DNA of 64,000 bases from Leptospira sp. (lineage in GTDB: Bacteria; Spirochaetota; Leptospiria; Leptospirales; Leptospiraceae). Position numbers and translations under genes: made by a program. The stretch covers positions 192,001 through 256,000 of the forward strand of contig JAWXAQ010000002.1 of NCBI GenBank assembly GCA_034439575.1, in the 5' to 3' direction. The notes below the pieces were generated by a model, which was given only the letters and a program-made list of their open reading frames with translations, was not told the DNA's origin and made no database searches. Shown piece by piece: positions 59,759 through 64,000 of the stretch (positions are counted from its first letter, which is position 1; every line of letters starts with the position of its first letter).

Positions 59759-62518
59759 ATGTTTCAAAAATTTTTAACACTATTATTCGGCAGTAAATAT
59801 GAACGTGACCTCAAACGTTTAACACCTATCGTCACTGCTATCAATTCTTTCGAATCCAAGATTCGAGAAATGTCCGACGAAGAACTTTCAGGTCAAACAT
59901 TGATTTTCAAAGAGAGAGTCGCCAAAGGTGAGTCACTCGATGATCTTTTGCCAGAGGCATTTGCGACGGTGAGAGAGGTCGCTTATCGTACTCTTGGTAT
60001 GAGGCATTTTGATGTTCAGATGATGGGCGGTATTTCACTCCATTGGGGAAATATTTCAGAAATGAAAACGGGAGAAGGTAAAACCTTAACTTCCACATTG
60101 CCGATTTATTTAAATTCACTGTCTGGCGAAGGTGTTCATGTTGTTACGGTAAACGATTATTTGGCGAAGCGTGATGCCAATTGGATGAAACCGATTTACG
60201 ATTTTTTAAAAGTATCTGTAGGTGTGATTCAGCATGATATGGATCATGAGGAACGAAAGGAAGCTTACAATTCGGATATAACATACGGAACAAATAACGA
60301 ATTTGGTTTTGATTATTTGCGCGATAATATGGTTTCCTATCTTGAACATAGAGTACAAAGGTCACATAACTTTGCAATAGTTGACGAGGTGGACTCTATT
60401 CTTGTCGATGAGGCTAGAACTCCACTCATCATTTCTGGACCCGCAGAAGAATCCACAGATAAATATATCAAAGTAGATAAAATCATTCCAAAGCTTATCG
60501 AAGGTGAAGATTTTGAAGTCGATGAAAAGGCAAAGAATGTTATACTAACGGAAGCCGGAGTTCATCATGTAGAAAGTCTTCTTGGTGTAGAAAATCTCTA
60601 TAATGCAGATAATATCGAACTTGTTCACCATGTAAGCCAATCTCTCAAAGCTCATAAATTATTTTTCAAAGACAAAGACTATGTAGTTCAAAGCGGAGAA
60701 GTGATCATCGTAGATGAATTCACTGGTCGATTGATGAAAGGGCGCAGATATTCTGACGGTTTACATCAATCCTTAGAAGCAAAGGAAGGTGTACCAATTG
60801 CACGTGAATCACAAACTTTAGCATCTATTACATTTCAAAATTATTTCCGTATCTATAAAAAGTTAGCTGGTATGACAGGAACAGCTGATACGGAAGCCGA
60901 AGAATTCAAAAAAATCTATAACTTAGATGTGATTGTCATTCCTCCTAATGTGAAAGTAAAAAGGGATGATCTTCCGGATAGAGTGTATAAAACGGAACGC
61001 GAAAAATTTGATGCAGTCATTAAAGATATCAAAGATCGTTCTGCTAAAAAACAGCCTATACTCGTCGGAACCATTTCCATTGAAAAGTCAGAAGTTTTAT
61101 CAAAATTATTAACTACGAATGGCTTGGCGCATAACGTTTTAAATGCGAAACAACATGAGCGTGAATCAGAAATAGTTGCCAATGCGGGAAAACCAGGCGC
61201 TATTACGATCGCCACAAATATGGCCGGTCGAGGAACAGATATTGTTCTTGGTGGAGCGGCAAAGTACAAAGAAGATTTAGAAGAACTAGATGAAAAGGCT
61301 TCAAAACTAGGTCTTCATTCAAAATCGGAAATGGATCCTATTTATTATTTCCGTGAACTGCTCATCAAACAAAAGTTTGATGAAGCGTCCAGTTCACTTT
61401 CGAATATAGTAAATTCCGAAATTAAAAAAATATGCACTGAGATTTTAGAATCGGCTAAAAAATGGAAAAAAGATCATGATTTAGTCATAGAATCTGGCGG
61501 ATTACATATCATTGGATCCGAACGTCACGAATCACGACGTATCGACAATCAGTTAAGAGGTCGATCCGGAAGACAAGGCGACCCGGGATCTTCTAGATTT
61601 TATCTTTCACTTCAAGATGATTTGATGCGAATATTTGGTTCTGATCGTATAGCGCGCATTATGGATACTTTGAAGATGCCAGAAGGCCAAGAGCTAGAAC
61701 ATAGTATGGTTTCAAATGCCATTGCCAGAGCTCAAAAACGCGTTGAAGGTCACAACTTTGATATCAGAAAACATTTATTAGAATATGATGATGTTATGAA
61801 TCGTCAAAGAATATTTATTTATGGGATACGGAATGAACTATTAGAAAAAGGTTCGATGTCTGAAAAACTTCTCGAATTTATCGATGAAGTCGCAGAAAAT
61901 CAAATTATCCTAAACTGTGAAGGAAACAACACCAGTGGTTGGTTAGTTGAGAATCTTGAGGAGTGGTTATCATCTCTTGGAGTGAATTTAAGCATCACAA
62001 CAGAAATTTATAGAAAAGAATCAAATCCTCAACTAAAACTTTTCGAAAATGTTTCAAAGGCGATCCGAGATACTTACCAAGCAAAAATCGAAAGGGTAGG
62101 GGAAGATATCTGGAAATCTCTAGAACGCAATGTATTCCTTGATATTTTAGATCATCGTTGGAAAGACCATTTGTATGCAATGGATCATTTGAAAGAAGGG
62201 ATCTGGACGGTTGGATATGGTGAAAAAAATCCGCTCATCGAATACAAATTGCAAGGATTCAAACTTTTTGATCAGTTAGTTGATAATTTAAAAATGGAAG
62301 TGATTTCCTTTTTATTAAGAATCGAAGTAACAGATAATGATAAAAATACAGTGAAAGATGTAACGCCAAAAGAATATAAAAAAATTGGTGAAGAAACTCG
62401 AGGCGAAGTAGATATGTTTGGCAACGAAGTCAAAAAAAATCAGAACAAATCTCAAGTTTCGACTATCACAAGTTCGGGTGGCGGCTCTGAGAGAAAAACT
62501 AGTCGACGAAAGAAATAA
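59759..62518 (+). CDS. secA: Preprotein translocase subunit SecA
   Basis: [64 protein letters not shown]. Confidence 0.98.
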   Translation: MFQKFLTLLFGSKYERDLKRLTPIVTAINSFESKIREMSDEELSGQTLIFKERVAKGESLDDLLPEAFATVREVAYRTLGMRHFDVQMMGGISLHWGNISEMKTGEGKTLTSTLPIYLNSLSGEGVHVVTVNDYLAKRDANWMKPIYDFLKVSVGVIQHDMDHEERKEAYNSDITYGTNNEFGFDYLRDNMVSYLEHRVQRSHNFAIVDEVDSILVDEARTPLIISGPAEESTDKYIKVDKIIPKLIEGEDFEVDEKAKNVILTEAGVHHVESLLGVENLYNADNIELVHHVSQSLKAHKLFFKDKDYVVQSGEVIIVDEFTGRLMKGRRYSDGLHQSLEAKEGVPIARESQTLASITFQNYFRIYKKLAGMTGTADTEAEEFKKIYNLDVIVIPPNVKVKRDDLPDRVYKTEREKFDAVIKDIKDRSAKKQPILVGTISIEKSEVLSKLLTTNGLAHNVLNAKQHERESEIVANAGKPGAITIATNMAGRGTDIVLGGAAKYKEDLEELDEKASKLGLHSKSEMDPIYYFRELLIKQKFDEASSSLSNIVNSEIKKICTEILESAKKWKKDHDLVIESGGLHIIGSERHESRRIDNQLRGRSGRQGDPGSSRFYLSLQDDLMRIFGSDRIARIMDTLKMPEGQELEHSMVSNAIARAQKRVEGHNFDIRKHLLEYDDVMNRQRIFIYGIRNELLEKGSMSEKLLEFIDEVAENQIILNCEGNNTSGWLVENLEEWLSSLGVNLSITTEIYRKESNPQLKLFENVSKAIRDTYQAKIERVGEDIWKSLERNVFLDILDHRWKDHLYAMDHLKEGIWTVGYGEKNPLIEYKLQGFKLFDQLVDNLKMEVISFLLRIEVTDNDKNTVKDVTPKEYKKIGEETRGEVDMFGNEVKKNQNKSQVSTITSSGGGSERKTSRRKK

Positions 62519-62519
62519 A

Positions 62520-64000
62520 TTATTCCGTCTTAAATTCGTTAGCGATTCTATTGATTGAATCTGAAACATGATTCAATTTTTCGCTAAGTAGTTTTAAGTC
62601 TTCTGCATTCATAGCTAAAGACTGCGCACCACCTGACAAAAAGTTGATCGAGGATACCATATCCTCTGATGCTTTTTTCTGTTCTCGGCTAGAAAATTCT
62701 ATCATCTCCGCCATATCTTTCAAACCGACAAGTTCCTCATTGATAAGTCCTATACTTTCTGTCTGGACAACCATTTCTTCTTTGAGGTAAGCTACATAGG
62801 TTTGTACATCATCTGATTTTTCTACGATTTTACTCAAAGCAGAAACAGTTTGATCTACGTGATTAGCGCCATTTGAGACAGCGGAATTGCTTTTTTCTAC
62901 CAGTTTTTTGATATTTTTAACACTATCTTTTGTTTTGTCAGCTAACTTCGATATTTCTTCTGCTACGACTGCAAAACCTCGACCAGCATCTCCTGCTCTT
63001 GCAGCTTCGATGCTTGCATTTAGCGCAAGTAAGTTGGTTTGTTCTGAAATATCATTTATTAATTCTACGATACCGCTGATATCTTTGGTCACGATACTGA
63101 TTTCATCCATCGCTTGGTCTGTGTTTTGAACGGATTCATTGCCAGTCTTTGCTAGTTCAAAGGAAGAAACCGCCTGGCCATCCAAATCATTTAATTTAAT
63201 TTCCATTTTTGATATGGAAGCTTCGATATTTTTCATTTCAGCTACGATCTTAAAAATATTTTTTGTTTCACTGGAAATCGATTCGAACATGATTTCGAAG
63301 CTTGTCGTTAATTCTTCTAAGGACGCGGCTGACTCTTCGGATGTAGCGGCGAGCTCTTGTGCAGAATCAGAAACAGATATGGCTTCCGTATGAAGTGAAT
63401 CCGAAGCCTTACCAGAATCATGCGATGCCGCTTTAAGATCCAAGACTATGCCATTTAATTTTTTCAAAAATTGGTTGATGGAAGCGGCAATTTTTGAAAT
63501 TTCATTTTTGCCTAGGACTGGTAACTTTTTGGAAAGATCTGCTTCCCCACTGGATAACTCTTCAACTTTTTCTAAAACCGAAGTTAGGGGGCTATTTATA
63601 CTTTTAATGATAAATATTGTGAGAAAAATAGAGAGGATAAATAATATAGACACAAATACCAATGAAGAAATTTTTGCTGATTGAAATTTACCCGTACGTA
63701 TTTCAATCAATCTTCCCAAATGGAAGATGGAAGCTTCTTGGACGATTTTTCCTAAGTATGTGCCTTTATGTATCCTTTCAAATGTGGCATCTATATCTTT
63801 TGGTTTCGCTGGATTTTCTAAAAAAAGTTCTGACAAATCTTTTGTTAGCTGGTTCGCATTCTTTCGAAAATCCGCGTCAATCTTCCCAAGATCAACTTCT
63901 AAACTTGGATTCGCATTGATACTTTTCTGAAATGCATAATGAATGTCTGACTCAATTTTCTTTAATTGTTCGATAGAGATAAGGGCGCGAGCTTGGTTGG
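62520..64000 (-). CDS. Methyl-accepting chemotaxis protein (5' truncated by window edge)
   Basis: Frame open to the window end; TM, HAMP ([15 protein letters not shown]...NEI), [37 protein letters not shown]. Confidence 0.93.
   Translation of the reverse strand, partial: NQARALISIEQLKKIESDIHYAFQKSINANPSLEVDLGKIDADFRKNANQLTKDLSELFLENPAKPKDIDATFERIHKGTYLGKIVQEASIFHLGRLIEIRTGKFQSAKISSLVFVSILFILSIFLTIFIIKSINSPLTSVLEKVEELSSGEADLSKKLPVLGKNEISKIAASINQFLKKLNGIVLDLKAASHDSGKASDSLHTEAISVSDSAQELAATSEESAASLEELTTSFEIMFESISSETKNIFKIVAEMKNIEASISKMEIKLNDLDGQAVSSFELAKTGNESVQNTDQAMDEISIVTKDISGIVELINDISEQTNLLALNASIEAARAGDAGRGFAVVAEEISKLADKTKDSVKNIKKLVEKSNSAVSNGANHVDQTVSALSKIVEKSDDVQTYVAYLKEEMVVQTESIGLINEELVGLKDMAEMIEFSSREQKKASEDMVSSINFLSGGAQSLAMNAEDLKLLSEKLNHVSDSINRIANEFKTE

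Noticed and set aside
1-64000. tRNA, rRNA, IS or prophage elements
   Set aside because: No cloverleaf or T-loop pattern, rRNA-like tract, transposase, integrase or terminal inverted repeats recognised by eye; tRNAscan/ISEScan would be needed to exclude them fully

Overview
A gene-dense, AT-rich bacterial chromosomal segment, very probably from Leptospira. This is inferred from the FlcA-like collar protein, the spirochete-type RpoZ-like protein, the SecA tail and the 7TM-sensor/AraC/lipoprotein repertoire. It carries housekeeping genes (transketolase C-terminal subunit, clpS, mtnC, mtnA, msrA, gatB, dnaE, lpdA, secA) and many motility/signalling genes: a fliG paralog with fliH followed by two His-less sensor kinases, two MCPs, a di-hemerythrin, CheX-like, FapA/DUF342, HDOD and Maf-like proteins, and degenerate HD-GYP and GGDEF proteins. 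I found no rRNA, tRNA, CRISPR array or mobile element. The best candidate for an undescribed system is a four-gene operon at 32749-36968: an ECF-type sigma factor with a large insertion, a soluble zinc-finger-like putative anti-sigma, a CHAT (caspase-like) protease with a His/Cys dyad, and a Cys-cluster protein. This looks like a protease-triggered sigma-release module without a CRISPR locus. Second-tier candidates are a His-rich membrane chemoreceptor adjacent to an SCO-like copper chaperone, a pseudo-kinase pair in the fliG-fliH operon, and recurring sigma-28-like GCCGA promoter boxes. All calls come from motif recognition by eye; no database searches were run.
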